Shown here in pieces: positions 1 through 12,487 of a stretch of DNA of 64,000 bases (the stretch's first letter is position 1; every line of letters starts with the position of its first letter). The stretch comes from Chrysomallon squamiferum (Eukaryota > Animalia > Mollusca): the NCBI GenBank assembly GCA_012295275.1, contig CM022665.1, positions 36,890,001 to 36,954,000 of the forward strand. Direction: 5' to 3'. The notes beneath the pieces are model-generated. The model was not told where the DNA came from, made no database searches, and was given only the letters and a program-made list of their open reading frames with translations. The position numbers and the translations under genes were made by a program.

Positions 1-1672
1 CAAAATCTGAAGCAAAGCCGTGCAATAGTTTTTAATATTATGGTTATTTGTGTTTTACTATATGATTGGTGTCTCATCACGTCTGCATAAGTCATTTTGG
101 CTTTTTTCTCGTGTTGAGAGGATCATATCATCAAGCAGAATACAATGCTGTCTTTGTGGAGTACATTAAGGCTTTTAAATTCCAGACAACACTGCTCATC
201 AAAAATGGAATGAAACACTGTCAAAAATGGTGTTTTTTTTTTTTGCAAATTTGTTATTGTACATATGTGTTTTCCTCAAATGTTTTTGATGAGCAGACAT
301 TTTTTTTTACTGTTGCATACTGAGCCTTGAAAATTTGTGAGATATTTCTTGTGATAGTAGTGAACAAAAATCTCAATATATGGTCACTGTCATTAGTTAA
401 TTAATCAGTTTTGTTTGTTATGAGTGGCTGAAAATGATTCATAACACATATATGCTGTCACAGTGTCGTCTGAATTTAAAACGTCGTATCTCAAAAAGTA
501 AGCAAGATATCAGAATAATTGTTGTTCTGTATTTAAATTCTAAATTTCTATTTAACTAACTTATACAACGAATATTGAGTCCTTAAACATCAAAATAGTA
601 AATTATTATAGATTTCCAGAAGACACATATCTTCTTTGTCAACTGTACGTGCTTCACACAAATTTGATCAGTTGGAAGAAACATTGATAGTTTTAGTCAG
701 TGTTCAGCTTCATCAAGATAAGAATCAACAGAGAAAAAAGGGTGCATTGGACCTGGAGACCCTATGACCCAAGGACCATCACCAACAAAGAAAGCCAACT
801 TGTCTGGTATCTTCTACACATGCTAGGTGAACTTTAAATGTTCAGTAAATAGTGAATCTCTGTATTAGGATACTGAGAAGATAACTAGAATCTACATAAG
901 GGATAAATAATAACATATTTTGCCACATATTTGTTTTTATTTTCCTGTTTTAGTGTTTGCTCCTTGCAAATCACTAACACAATATGAAGATAGTATAAAT
1001 AAAAGTAGTATTGAAATTAAAAATGCATTAACTTTTATTTATATTACTCTTTATTTATATTCTTAAAATACATCATTATTATGCAATGGTTAAATCTGAA
1101 TAATCAGATTTTCCTATTTTTGTGTATAATTTCAAACCAAAGCAGAATAATCTAAATGGTTGCATAATATTATAAACAGATGCTGAAACTATTCTGAGCA
1201 TGTAGTCCACTTGACTATTAATCTAAACTGTTTATATTATCTGTAATGGCAGCCTTCCTGTCACAAACATGTAAATTTGTGATAATGTTCTGTGTACTAT
1301 GTTCAAATGGCTCAATTGCCATATGTATACAATATAATATAATAAAGGATAAAAATCCTTTAATTTAAAATGATAGAAAATGTCTGAAACTACATCGTTT
1401 GAAAATATAAAAACCTTGCCTTTTTCCCATCAATTTGATTGATTTTACTAAACCAATTACAAAATAAATATATATTAGCATGTGCAGAACTTTAAACAGA
1501 AATAAAATAATCCAAATGGAATGTTCCTCGAACTCCGAATTATATATAGTCTGGGTGCCAAAACCCCAAATTTGGAGTTTTCGAGTAACATACAATTTCA
1601 ATTATTTATTTATATATATGATAATAATGCTAAAGTGTATAATTAAATTTAACCATTTCTTTTTCACTGCAG

Positions 1673-4178
1673 ATTGTGAAGGCAAGTGAGAATGAAGATC
1701 TCATGGAAATAGTCCTGCCTCGATTGGTTGATGCTCTCACCCTCTGGGAGTTCTTACTGATGAAGGTGGAGAAAGACTGTCCAACCAGACCTCAGGCTGA
1801 CATGATCTATCATGAATTTGAAAAGCTTTACAAAACAGTACATAATGTTTGTAAAAAATATTTACAGCCTTGCAAAAATTCAGCATCAGAAGCTAACATC
1901 CAAAAACATCTGTTGAAGGTAATGAAGGATAATGTAAATAAATTGTTATTGCTAATTTTATCATTATAATTATTATTTGTTTATTTTTTGATGATTCATT
2001 TAATTTGGATTTCTTAAAGCTATTAATTTCTGCTATAAATCTGAAGTATATGTATCAGTATAAACATGAAATTTTGGTCTGACAATAAACACACCTTTAT
2101 CTCCATTTACAAAACATAGCATGGATTCAGTTTAATTGCATATCTTTACAAAGGTAACCAGCAGTTACTGCTGAACGACAGATTATAATAATTACTTAAA
2201 TAAAATATTTCTACACTGGTCAGTCTAAACCATGGCCTCACACATCTGGTCCACTGACTAATTAGATGTGGTCAGCAGTCATCCCTTTGTTTGCATGCAA
2301 TATCATTCTGTCACTGACATAGGATTGCCATATTCCAGAAAACAATATACACTATTCAATAAAATGTATGTTATTTAGTTACTTATAACACCCACACCTC
2401 CCCATTCTACACCATCATTCTTTTCCCACTAGATCTCTTCTTGAGTACATAATGGCCCATTTCTTTCCTTGAGTTTGAGACCCTCATCTAAACATTATAA
2501 AACATTAATGACTTAATATATTTAGTTATTAGTGTCAAACATGGGGTATGACATGAAAGGTAAAATTCATTTCCTCTGAGCATCATCCCACAGCATTGAA
2601 AATATATACCATAGTTCAATAATAGGGTATTGGTGTGAATGGGAATAAACAGTAATAAAATAAATTTAATGTTAAATTATTTGTCAAACAAAGGAAGATT
2701 AGCAAAAATAATTCAGTTATTTTAAAGACAAGTAATTATTCTCTTTAATTTTTCCATTTTTTTTTTATTTATTTTTTTAGATTGACAATTCTGCCATCAA
2801 TAAAGCATTAGATCTGGAAGAAGGTTTTTATGAAGTTAAAGATATGCCCATGGAAGAGAGCAGTAACTTTCAATATACATATTTATCAAGTGATAAAAAG
2901 CCAGAAGAAACAACACCTTCACAGAACAAGGTTCGAAAGACTGTGACAGGTCTTTCTGGCAGTGAGTTGTTAAGCCCTGCAAAAAAACCCAAAATGACTT
3001 CATTACTGCAAAACACCAAGTCAGCAACTGGTATTTTTGTCCAATCTAACAAGCAGATATCAAATAATTTCAGTGCTATCTCAAGTGGTCCATCAGCCGT
3101 TACTATTATAAAACCACAAACCATTTCATCTGCTTCAAACAAAACCATTTCTTCATCTTCTCATTTGAAAAGTAATGCTGTAACCCATATAGTTCCTGCA
3201 AATGCTTCTGCAGCAACAAATGTTACTGCAAATTCTTTAGTTCAGACCTTCACACAGCCTCCAAAACCTGTGTTCAGAGTTGTATCTGCCCAATCATCTG
3301 TTAAAAAACCTCAAGAAATCCCAAAGTCTCAGGAATCAACAGTATGCAAAACTCTACTGGTGTCCACTGCCAACAATCAGTCTGTTGGAACTTCGAAAAA
3401 CTCTTCAAGTGGTCCAGTATTGATCATCGGTCCAAACGGTGCCAAGTTGTTAAACAATCCTAATATTGTGTTCCCAAGTTCTGTAATAATGAATGGCAAT
3501 AATGTGAACATTCAGAACAAAAACACAGTGGCAGCTAATAAGAATTTGACAGCAACAGCTGCCAGTTTTGTAGCAGACTCCATAGCTGTTGTTGGGACTA
3601 GTGTAACCAAATCGGATCCCTGCATAAATGGAGTAACTTCTCAAAACACTGTATTAAATGGTTCCTCTCAAATAATGACAACATCTGAAGATATCTCCAC
3701 ATTAACAGTGGCAGCTTCAGAAAACAGTGAATTGGAGAAAATGGCCAATGCAACTGTTCAGGAAATGGCAGAATCTGCAGCACATTGCATCTCCACTAAC
3801 AGTACCATTCAGCAGGAACAGTCTGTCATTGATGTAAATAGTTTAAGCAACTATGGAGATCTGCAGCTTCAGGAAAAAGCACAGATTGAAAATACTCAGG
3901 TTGTAACCATGGTTCAGCAGGGAACTAATGAGGAACCATGTGAAATTCTTCAGTTAGAAGGAGGCCAGGGTTTTGGAGGTGAAGTCACAACAGACTTTTC
4001 TCAGGCCAGTTTATTTCAGACTGAAGACGGTATGTATATTATACAGAATCCAGATGGTATGGCATTTCAGCTGCAAGGTGCAGAAGGCATTCCAATAGAA
4101 ACTGTTCAAGCACTTCTCTCAATGGAGAGTGATGCACAAATACAAGGCGAGACAGTTCAGACCGAAATGCAACAATGA
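1673..4178 (+). CDS. Unidentified protein, 5'-partial (last two coding exons): helical segment followed by a long S/T/N/Q-rich low-complexity region and an acidic C-terminus
   Basis: Exon 1673-1918 (cag|ATTGTG...AAG|gtaatg, 82 codons, IVKASENEDLMEIVLPRL...) joins in phase 0 to exon 2781-4178 (tttag|ATTGAC..., in frame with the 444-aa ORF, stop TGA). It contains SPAKKPK, an NLS/CDK-like motif. Family not recognised and upstream exons not resolved. Confidence 0.75.
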
Positions 4179-4401
4179 TGAAGTGCTTTTTGTGGACTAT
4201 TTTTTTTATTATTTTTTATTTTATTTTATTTTATATTTTTTATTTATTTATTTTTTGTTTGTTTGTTTGTTGTAATTATTATTATTAAATTTCTTTTAAT
4301 TTTTACTGGTGCACTGCTATTCAATACAAATTAATAATTTATTCCATTCTTAAACTTATTATATAAAGTTTATTTATATATCATGTAGTCTTCTTTACTT
4401 A

Positions 4402-4436
<35 letters not shown>

Positions 4437-4473
4437 AAATGAACTTCATTCCATTGATGTTGAAAATATTTTG

Positions 4474-4512
<39 letters not shown>

Positions 4513-6536
4513 TGTTTCCAGCTTATCCATCTGCCAAAAAGAATTATCTGTTTTGATTAAACAAAATATTTTAACTTGCACTATAAATAAAAATCTTTGT
4601 TATCCCTTCAATTTCAGATTATAAATAAATTGTTTTAGTTAATAATGATTACTAGTCCCTGAAGTCATTAATTTTATGGATACTAGAAATTATTTACACC
4701 TGACACAGTAAATGAGAATCATGGCAGACTAGTAAAAGTATAGGGTTTATTTTATGAAAAGATGGTTTGGGTTTGTTTTGTTTTTGGGTCAGTTTCTTTT
4801 TTTTTTTTTTTTTTTTCCCCCATTTCTTTGGGGGAGGGTTTCTTTTATTTTTTTTTTTTTTTTTTCTGTTATCCATTCCATGTTCATAAATAAATTACAG
4901 TCTAGTCTGAAACATTACTCCCATTTTCCTTGATGCATAAGAGTACATAACTTCACATTAAAGATTACACTACATTCTGTAATCATCAAATATTAAATGT
5001 AATAACTCTAAAACGCTTATTCCTTTTTTTCTTCTTCTTTTTTTTTTACTACCTAAAAAATGCAGTGCTTAACTTTGAAACACTTCCAACTGACATATTG
5101 TAATTTCTCTGCATCTAAATATTTTCAAGATGTATATAATTCAACATCAGTTTTATCCAGTTTTTTTGGAAAAATTCTTGTTGAAGACTTGAATTGACAT
5201 AGTTCAAATTACAATATTGTTTCATTATATTTCATTGCACTGGGTAACTACAGATGGGTAAAAATCAACTTTGTAAGAATCCAGGTAATAAACTGAAGTA
5301 AAAAAAATAAAAAAAGACAATTTAGCCCTAAGTTCAATTGTCCTTGCAGTCTATTCAGTTAATAAATGAATTGTGAAGATAAATTATCTTTATTGTTAAC
5401 AGTTATTGTTGCATATATTTATTAGCATGTATTTCTTAATCTCCTAGAAAAATGCATTTACTTTTTATATCATTCATATTTCATTATTTTATATGGTTAA
5501 TTTATGAACCATATTTGATTACTTGTACAGTCATGAAATATATTGTGTATATTTCAGCAGTAAAATATTTGAATCAGTTGTTTGACTTGTTTTATTTGAC
5601 ATTTGATCATACATGTCAGTAAGCAAATACTATTCAATAAACTGAATGTGTATCTTCATTGAAGTAGATGATTACACATTATCTAACAGAATGACATTTG
5701 TTGTTGCAAGACATTTTAACATTGTTTTCCTTAAAATTTTATTTTATTCGGTCAAAGATGAAATGTAAACCAAAATTGTGCCATTTAGTATTAAAAAAAC
5801 AAAAATAATGCATGAACATGAAGCTCATCTGTATTGATTTTAGAAAGTAGAAGTTCCATCTGATGTTAGACACCTCATTTTTATGTTGTTAGTAATTTGA
5901 AATAAAATTTGTTTCTTTGATGAATTTCAAGTAGGTTTAAAACAACTTGTTAATTTGTTTAACTTTTTTAATTATATTTTAATAATATTTAAAGGATTAC
6001 CAAGTTGCAGAATTATATCTAGTTAGGAAAGCAGTTTTTAACAGAATCACAAATTTTTTAATTCCAACTTTTGGCACTATCTTTCTCTATATAACTATTT
6101 AAATGAAAAAAAAATAACACAATAAAAATTTTATCTCCAGAGCTAATGTGTAAACTTCACAAAATATTTAATCCCTATGGCCAAAAGTATGAAAACATAT
6201 TTTTTCAGAAATAATAACTTATAATTTTATTTACTATATTTTACTTCTTTTTTTTTGTGTACTCTAAATAAAAATACACTGTATAACTGAAGTTAAATGT
6301 TAATTATTTTTTTATATTTTACCTCTCACACTCTCACCCATACAGTTGTTTACCAGTGACAGTATGAGTGATAAGGTGTGCAAGTATGATAAATAGCCAA
6401 AGTTTTCTTGTGACACATATTCCTATCACTGTCACAGTCACTACCCATCTAAAATTTTAATACTTTATAGAATTTTAGCCTATTATAGTCTTGTATTTGT
6501 TGAAAGCAAACGATTGATAAAAGTTTTCTGTATTTT

Positions 6537-6810
6537 TAAATATATCAGTGAACATCTCTCACACAAGGGTGGTAATTTTAAATATATCGGTGAACATCTC
6601 TCACACAAGGGTGGTAACTCTAAATATATCAATGAACATCTCTCACACAAGGGTGGTAACTCTAAATATATCAATGAACATCTCTCACACAAGTGCATTA
6701 ACTCTAAATATATCAGTGACCATCTCACACAAGGGCAGTAACTAAATATATCAGTGAACATCTCTCACACAAGGGCCGTAACTCTAAATATACCAGTGAA
6801 CATCTCTCAC
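6537..6810. repeat. 42-bp minisatellite, about 6.5-7 copies
   Basis: Unit approx TAAATATATCAATGAACATCTCTCACACAAGGGTGGTAACTC, with a shortened later copy. It explains the repetitive ORFs 6483-6761, 6514-6741 and 6548-6745. Confidence 0.95.
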
Positions 6811-7243
6811 AGAAGAAAAACAAATGGTATAGATTCCAGATTAAAACCATTTATATGCAAAATGATGAAGAATCTGACATAGATGTAGACAATGAGGATA
6901 GACAACCGATTCAGCCACAATATCCTTCTTTCAGTTATTTCTGGGTTTTTTTTTACATTTTGCATTATACTTCTTAGCATTTTATGTGTAGTGTGCCCAC
7001 AATTTTTTGTAATCTTCAAGTGTGCCCCAACTTCAAAAAGTTTGAGAACCACTGATGTAAATTCATGTACTTTTTCTTGTACAAAATTTCAGGTGTTTAT
7101 TTGCTTTATCTGGCATTTGTTCTATCAGTTACTCGTAATGTTCTTTTTTTCTTCACCAGTATAACAACAAACTGTCATGCTGTCAAAAATAATAAAGCTT
7201 TATTTATTTTATATTATTACATTAATTTGTGATCATTTTTCTC

Positions 7244-10200
7244 TCATCTCTTGTGACCAGATTCTGTTAACATCATTTCTAAGATCATAAAAGCATTTTC
7301 TTCTATGTAAGGCTGGTGAAGCCAGGCAGATGTATAAAACATGATTGTTGTTCGGTCTTCACAATGTGCCACATTTTCAAAGAGTTCCTTCTTTAACTGT
7401 AATTCTTTGAAGTACATAGCCACAAGCTCACTTACATTTTTCACTACAAAACAAAAAAAGAAGAAAAAGTAAAATGAAATATTTTTTTTAATCTACATTT
7501 CATTTATAAGACATTAAACGAACATGCATGTGCTTGTCAAGTCTAAAACTGCTACAAATGATTCAAACCAGATTTAAATACATAGTAAATAGAAAATCGG
7601 TAATATCAATCAAAATATTAAAATGTATGAGTTAGAAATAAATTGTTTGAAAAACAACAAAATTATACCTAGTTCATATCTGAAAACATTTTATTGCCTA
7701 TGCTTAAATTCAAAAATTATACTTCAACTTCCAACAAAACTTTTTTCATGATAAACTGTTTTAAGCAATCTACAAAGAAAACTATCAATACTGACACATA
7801 CCAAAATCTTCAGTAGTCCAGGTCTGGAAAAGAATGCTGCTTTTATTAAGATGTTCATTCAATCTTTGAACACCAATAAAAACTGACTTCACTCGATCCA
7901 GTTTTATAACCACCTTTTCCTGAAATAAATAGAAGTTTTATTCAGTTATATAATACAACTATTACTGCACCAATGCAAAATAAGAGATTCTCAAAAATAT
8001 TCAGCAGGAACTATTAGTAATTTAACATATTACATACCATATGCGATATAATGATATACATGTAAACGCTTGTATGAAGCCTTGGAAACAGCTCATATTC
8101 AGAAAAATAATTATCAGGTGGTTGAAAAAATGTTTGTACATTATTTTAACAAGCAAAGAAATGAAGTCACAAACACATCAAACAAAAGTTTTATTCTCCA
8201 GAATAAGTTCTTTCTATTTCTGAAATCTCTTCCCAATGAGATGCAAACTTAAATATACCTCTTTATAAAAAAAAAAAATTTTTGATGAGAAAACGTTCTG
8301 AAGTTCTGACTCATGTAGTTCCTTTTTAAGCAGTTTTCTATGTGTATGCAGTTGTCCTAGGACAAGAAACAATGATAGTTTTTTGGTAGTATGTCTGGAC
8401 AATATGGTGGATATGGCATTCAAGGGGTTCTAAGTTTATATTGCACTGGATGAGTAATAGGCAGTGGTGTAATGTCTTAGGAAGATGACACCTTTGTAAT
8501 TAACTATTGCAGAATGCTTGTGGGTCATCTTGTGTTTACTTTTTGCTGCCATAAACACCAGAATCTGATCACAGTCTGGTGGTGAATAATCTACCGAGTT
8601 TCCAGAATTGCAGCTATATTTATGTAGTTATACAGAGGGTTAAAGTTTAAATACTTACTAACCAAGGGAATTTCAAATATAAAACCAGCTTTTCTGGCCA
8701 CCTGATGGTAATTATACATGTACTAGTAGAAATTTTAAATGATATTTATTCCGCTTGTTTTCTTATCTGTTAAGTTTTCAAGTGCAACATGAATAAATCT
8801 GCTGAATAAAACATATTTTACACTGATAAAACAACAAAATGTATTTAATACACTAACCAAATTCTGGTATACGCTGAGAAGTTTTTCACACAATGGCTCT
8901 AGACTGGATGGCATGGAAGCAGCTTCTTCTTCTTTATTTTCTCTGCTGAATCTGTTGAAAATAAATTTTAATATTAAATTTTATTTTATTAATTTAAAAA
9001 AATAATAATAATAATAATAAAAAATGTCATTACTGTGCAATAATTATTTTATCTCCTAATTACATACTTGACAGGAATGAAATATGCACATGATACATCC
9101 AACTATCAAAACAAATTTAAGTTTCTGTTGCTTATTAGAAATGTTAAATTTGTAACAAAAATGTTTTGAAAATTGAATAGCAAGAGTCAAGAAAAAGTTT
9201 AACGTGATGAAATTTTGCAATTTCATAATCTTTCATATGAAACGATAAAAAAACTAATAACAAATGTGCATTATATATATATTTGCAATGTCTTTATGTG
9301 TTTTATAAAACTATAATTCTTCACAAAAAATGTAGATAATATATATGGTTTTTCTCATACTTTCACTATATTTGAAATTTATTTTTATTTTTATTTTTTT
9401 AAGTTTCATTTTTTTTACAATTAAAATAAAATACTCAGATAAACATGAATGAGCAAATGACTACATACACACATTCCAACTTAATATTGGCAATTTCCTT
9501 GATGATTGCCAAGCCTTCCATGTGAAGTTTATTCCATTTCATAATAAGATTATGAATATCAGCAACTCCATCTTTTATTTTACGTAAACTGCCTGTTAGG
9601 TTACCCTGCTGAAACCCACCACCCTGGCTGCCTGTAACAAAAGCAGTCATAACTATATATTTTAAAACCAGTGGTTATTTATATAACAGTAAATTTGGTA
9701 TTCAGATATTATTGGTCAATTTATAGTTCATAATACTTTGTCATTACTGTCATCAGGGATAAAATTGTAAAAGCATTTGGAAATTACAAATTCATTAATA
9801 ACAATATCATCTATTTGATCCACATAATAAAATGGGTAAAGTATTTGCCTAAATGAAGTAGATAATCAAAATAAGAAATGGATACATATCTATCTACATT
9901 TTTAACATTCTAGATATTTTGATTCATGCTAACAACAGCGTACAAGATTATAAATTGTTTCTATTACTCATCCATTACATAAACATATCTAACAACCGAA
10001 AATGTGTTAATCAACTTAATGTATCATAATTTTGATTCTTAAGACTTAAACATCCATTCAATTTTAACTTTTAGTGGTCCGGCATTTAATATTGTATGTC
10101 CATATATAATAGTTTCGATAATATTTGCATTGCTAAATGCAGCAGAATAGTTTAAATGTGTGCCATTGTTTCATCAGTTAAGTAATCTTTTAAAACGACC

Positions 10201-10260
10201 TGTTGATTTTGCTGGAGAAAACTGATTATTGTCAGATACATTTTTGGTCGGGGTGCTCAT
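7244..10260 (-). CDS. CINP: CDK2-interacting protein (CINP)
   Basis: Five exons join in frame with GT-AG introns: 10260-10200, 9631-9469, 8951-8858, 7919-7802, 7443-7244. Motifs LTGSLRKIKDGVADIHNLIMKW, LFQTWTTEDF and SAWLHQPYIEE...MLTESGHKR match remembered CINP motifs (SARKIKDNAADWHNLILKW, LFHTWPTTHF, WLHQPYVE...MLLETGH). Confidence 0.9.
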
Positions 10261-10345
10261 GTCATTGCTATTAATTAAGAGTAACGTCCCTTAGACTGTC
10301 ATGGCTGCCTCCATTGAATTTTGACATTGATTTGAGTGGAGAACG
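10261..10345. promoter_or_regulatory. Compact bidirectional promoter region for CINP/SARS2 and probable non-coding first exon of SARS2
   Basis: The CINP ATG (10260, -) lies about 40 bp from a + strand CATGGCTGCC (YY1-like) motif at 10300-10309. A candidate donor ACG|gtgttt is at 10346 and an acceptor acag at 12451-12454 lies just before the SARS2 ATG. CpG density is locally raised. Inferred, with no transcript data. Confidence 0.5.
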
Positions 10346-10599
10346 GTGTTTGCTTTTTTCCTCGCTAAATATTATAAAAGATATAATATTTCGCCGAAGC
10401 AGTTTAAAATCAGGTGCGTTAAATTCTGATATACAATAAAATCCAGTTGTCAATTTTGTATTTCTTTAATTAGTTGTATAATATATTAATAATAATGTAT
10501 GACTGAGTAATACTAACCTGTAACAGTAACACTAACAATGAGTTTCAGAAACATTCAAATTGACATTCAGTGACCATAGATGATACAGCGATAAGTCAC

Positions 10600-12000
10600 A
10601 ATTATTGTTTATTTCCATGAACATATGATATGACATACAGTAGCGAAATTGATATTAAACTCTGTAGGTGCTATAGATTATCTTGAACAAGGCACAGCTT
10701 GTGGATTGCGTGTTAGAGTCTTGGCCGACTTTGTGTCAGTAACAGGGCAGGTTGAAATGCAGGTGTTAGGCCTGTTAGGCAAGATGTTAACCGGCCCTTG
10801 GATGAATTTTTTGTTTACACTGCTGCAGTGGACCAGATCGACCTTGTAGAGGGGATCCAAGTCATTAAACAGATCGTCCAAAAACTGAAGGACCAGATGG
10901 ACGCACCAGTGGATCTGTTGGCCTTCAAAAACTGATTTCTTTGGTAATCATCTTCATGAAGTCCAAGACAAAACTGTTCTCAGATTACAAGAGCCACCCA
11001 ATGATAAGACCATCCTCAGTGAAATGATGAAAGCATGTCTTCAAGCGATTATTGATGTCTTCGAGTGGCAATATAAGAAGTATTTTGCAGATGACTAGGA
11101 GACCACAGAGAGGCTAACATTAGAAACTAAATCTGCTAGATCTCACAATATGGACGCTGAAGAGACTATTTGCTATCTCTCGAGCAAGTTGAGGGCACAG
11201 AAAAATAAAACTGTGGACTATCTAGATGGTTTGGAAAAGGAGAGGAGAGATATGGTTCTCATGAAGGCTGTACAGTTAGGACCGAAACAAAGGCAGAAGA
11301 GAAGAATGAAGCAGAATGAGTTTTGAGCAGAATTACCAAGGAGACAAGCTGACAAACATCAAGTTAGAGAGACATCTGTGAGGAAAAAGTTACAGAAGAA
11401 ACTGAAAACTGTTCAGGTTGCAAAGACTGGTGAGGAATTTCCTGAGCTTTCTGTTGGTAAGCAGGAGCAACTCCAGGAATTGTTGGAAGGCAAATCTGTT
11501 GGCTGTAACATTTGTCATGTATGGTTTGAAGATGGGTGCCAGGTTCTTTATAATCACAGAATTGAAAAGATGAAGGCTAAGGGAAGTAAGTGTGTTGTGG
11601 CATATTGGTCACAGACAGAAACATATGATGATGCAACTGACTTTGATATGTCTGTTTTCCAGTTGGCTGCTGACCTTATTTCCAATGATCTAACTATATA
11701 AATATTGGGTTGAGGAATAAGTCACTACGGTTAAATTAAATGGACAACTTTATTTCTGTATGAAGTCTCATTAACGACTGGGTGACATCATCTACTATAA
11801 TTCTTGCTGGAACTTTTTCAGCTAATTGAAGTGACCAAATTAGGCTAATTAAAATCTGCTGTACTACTAATTATTTATATTGCACTTTTAACAGCTTGAC
11901 TTGAGAGAACTAGTTACCATCTATCTTCAGTCCAAATTTCACCAATAACATTTGATTATTGAAAAAGTTACATGCATTTTAGTGAAAAACAATACGATTT
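10600..12000 (+). mobile_element. Degenerate DNA-transposon transposase relic (C-terminal part), superfamily uncertain
   Basis: Broken, intronless, more GC-rich coding-like stretch with stops and frameshifts: MQVLGLLGKMLTGPWM, ARSHNMDAEE...KLRAQKNKTVDYLD, VGCNICHVWFED...VAYWSQTETYDDATDFDMSVFQLAADLISNDL. It resembles repeat-derived uncharacterised invertebrate proteins. Boundaries are approximate and no TIRs were identified. Confidence 0.6.
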
Positions 12001-12487
12001 TGGTCTCGCAATTGTAATGCAAATGCAGTAAATAATAGAACAGTTAATTAGTGTTAATTGAAAACGTTAAAATGCTGTACTCTCCTTAATACTCAACAGA
12101 ACTACTAGATGTTTGTTGTCTTTTACAGGGTTTTTAGAATTCTTTTCTTTTTCAGCAATGTTATTTATGTTGAAGTTGGGGGTGTCTGAATTTTTTGTCC
12201 ACATACCTAATAGATACACAGCAGTGTTGTTTTTTTTTGTTGTTTTTTGGGGATGTTTAAGAGGGGAAGTGATAATGTTTAATGTTTTAATTTATAGAAG
12301 AAATGAGAAAGGACAACAAATCACATACACAACTTATTTGAAAATATTTTTCATTATGGTTTTGCTGTATAAATGGGGAAAAATATTATCAATGTTTGTT
12401 AAAAAATATACATTTGTCACATTTTTAAAGTTTATTTATTTATTGAATAAACAGAGAAAGAAGTGTGAGAACAATTGAAAAAATACT

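Noticed and set aside
66-323. 85-aa ORF as an upstream exon of gene 1
   Set aside because: No convincing splice sites or in-frame join, and no recognisable motif.
612-826. Exon-like GC-richer block bounded by tag| and |gtgaa upstream of the first gene
   Set aside because: All three frames contain stops and none joins exon 1673 in phase. It may be TE-derived or contain indels, so it is not supportable.
6483-6761. Repeat-protein ORFs or a CRISPR-like array
   Set aside because: These are head-to-tail 42-bp units with no unique spacers, in a eukaryotic context with no cas genes.
12113-12478. Hydrophobic F/L/I-rich short ORFs (this one and e.g. 15254, 16576, 31470, 42887, 58549)
   Set aside because: They are translations of poly-T or microsatellite intronic and UTR sequence.
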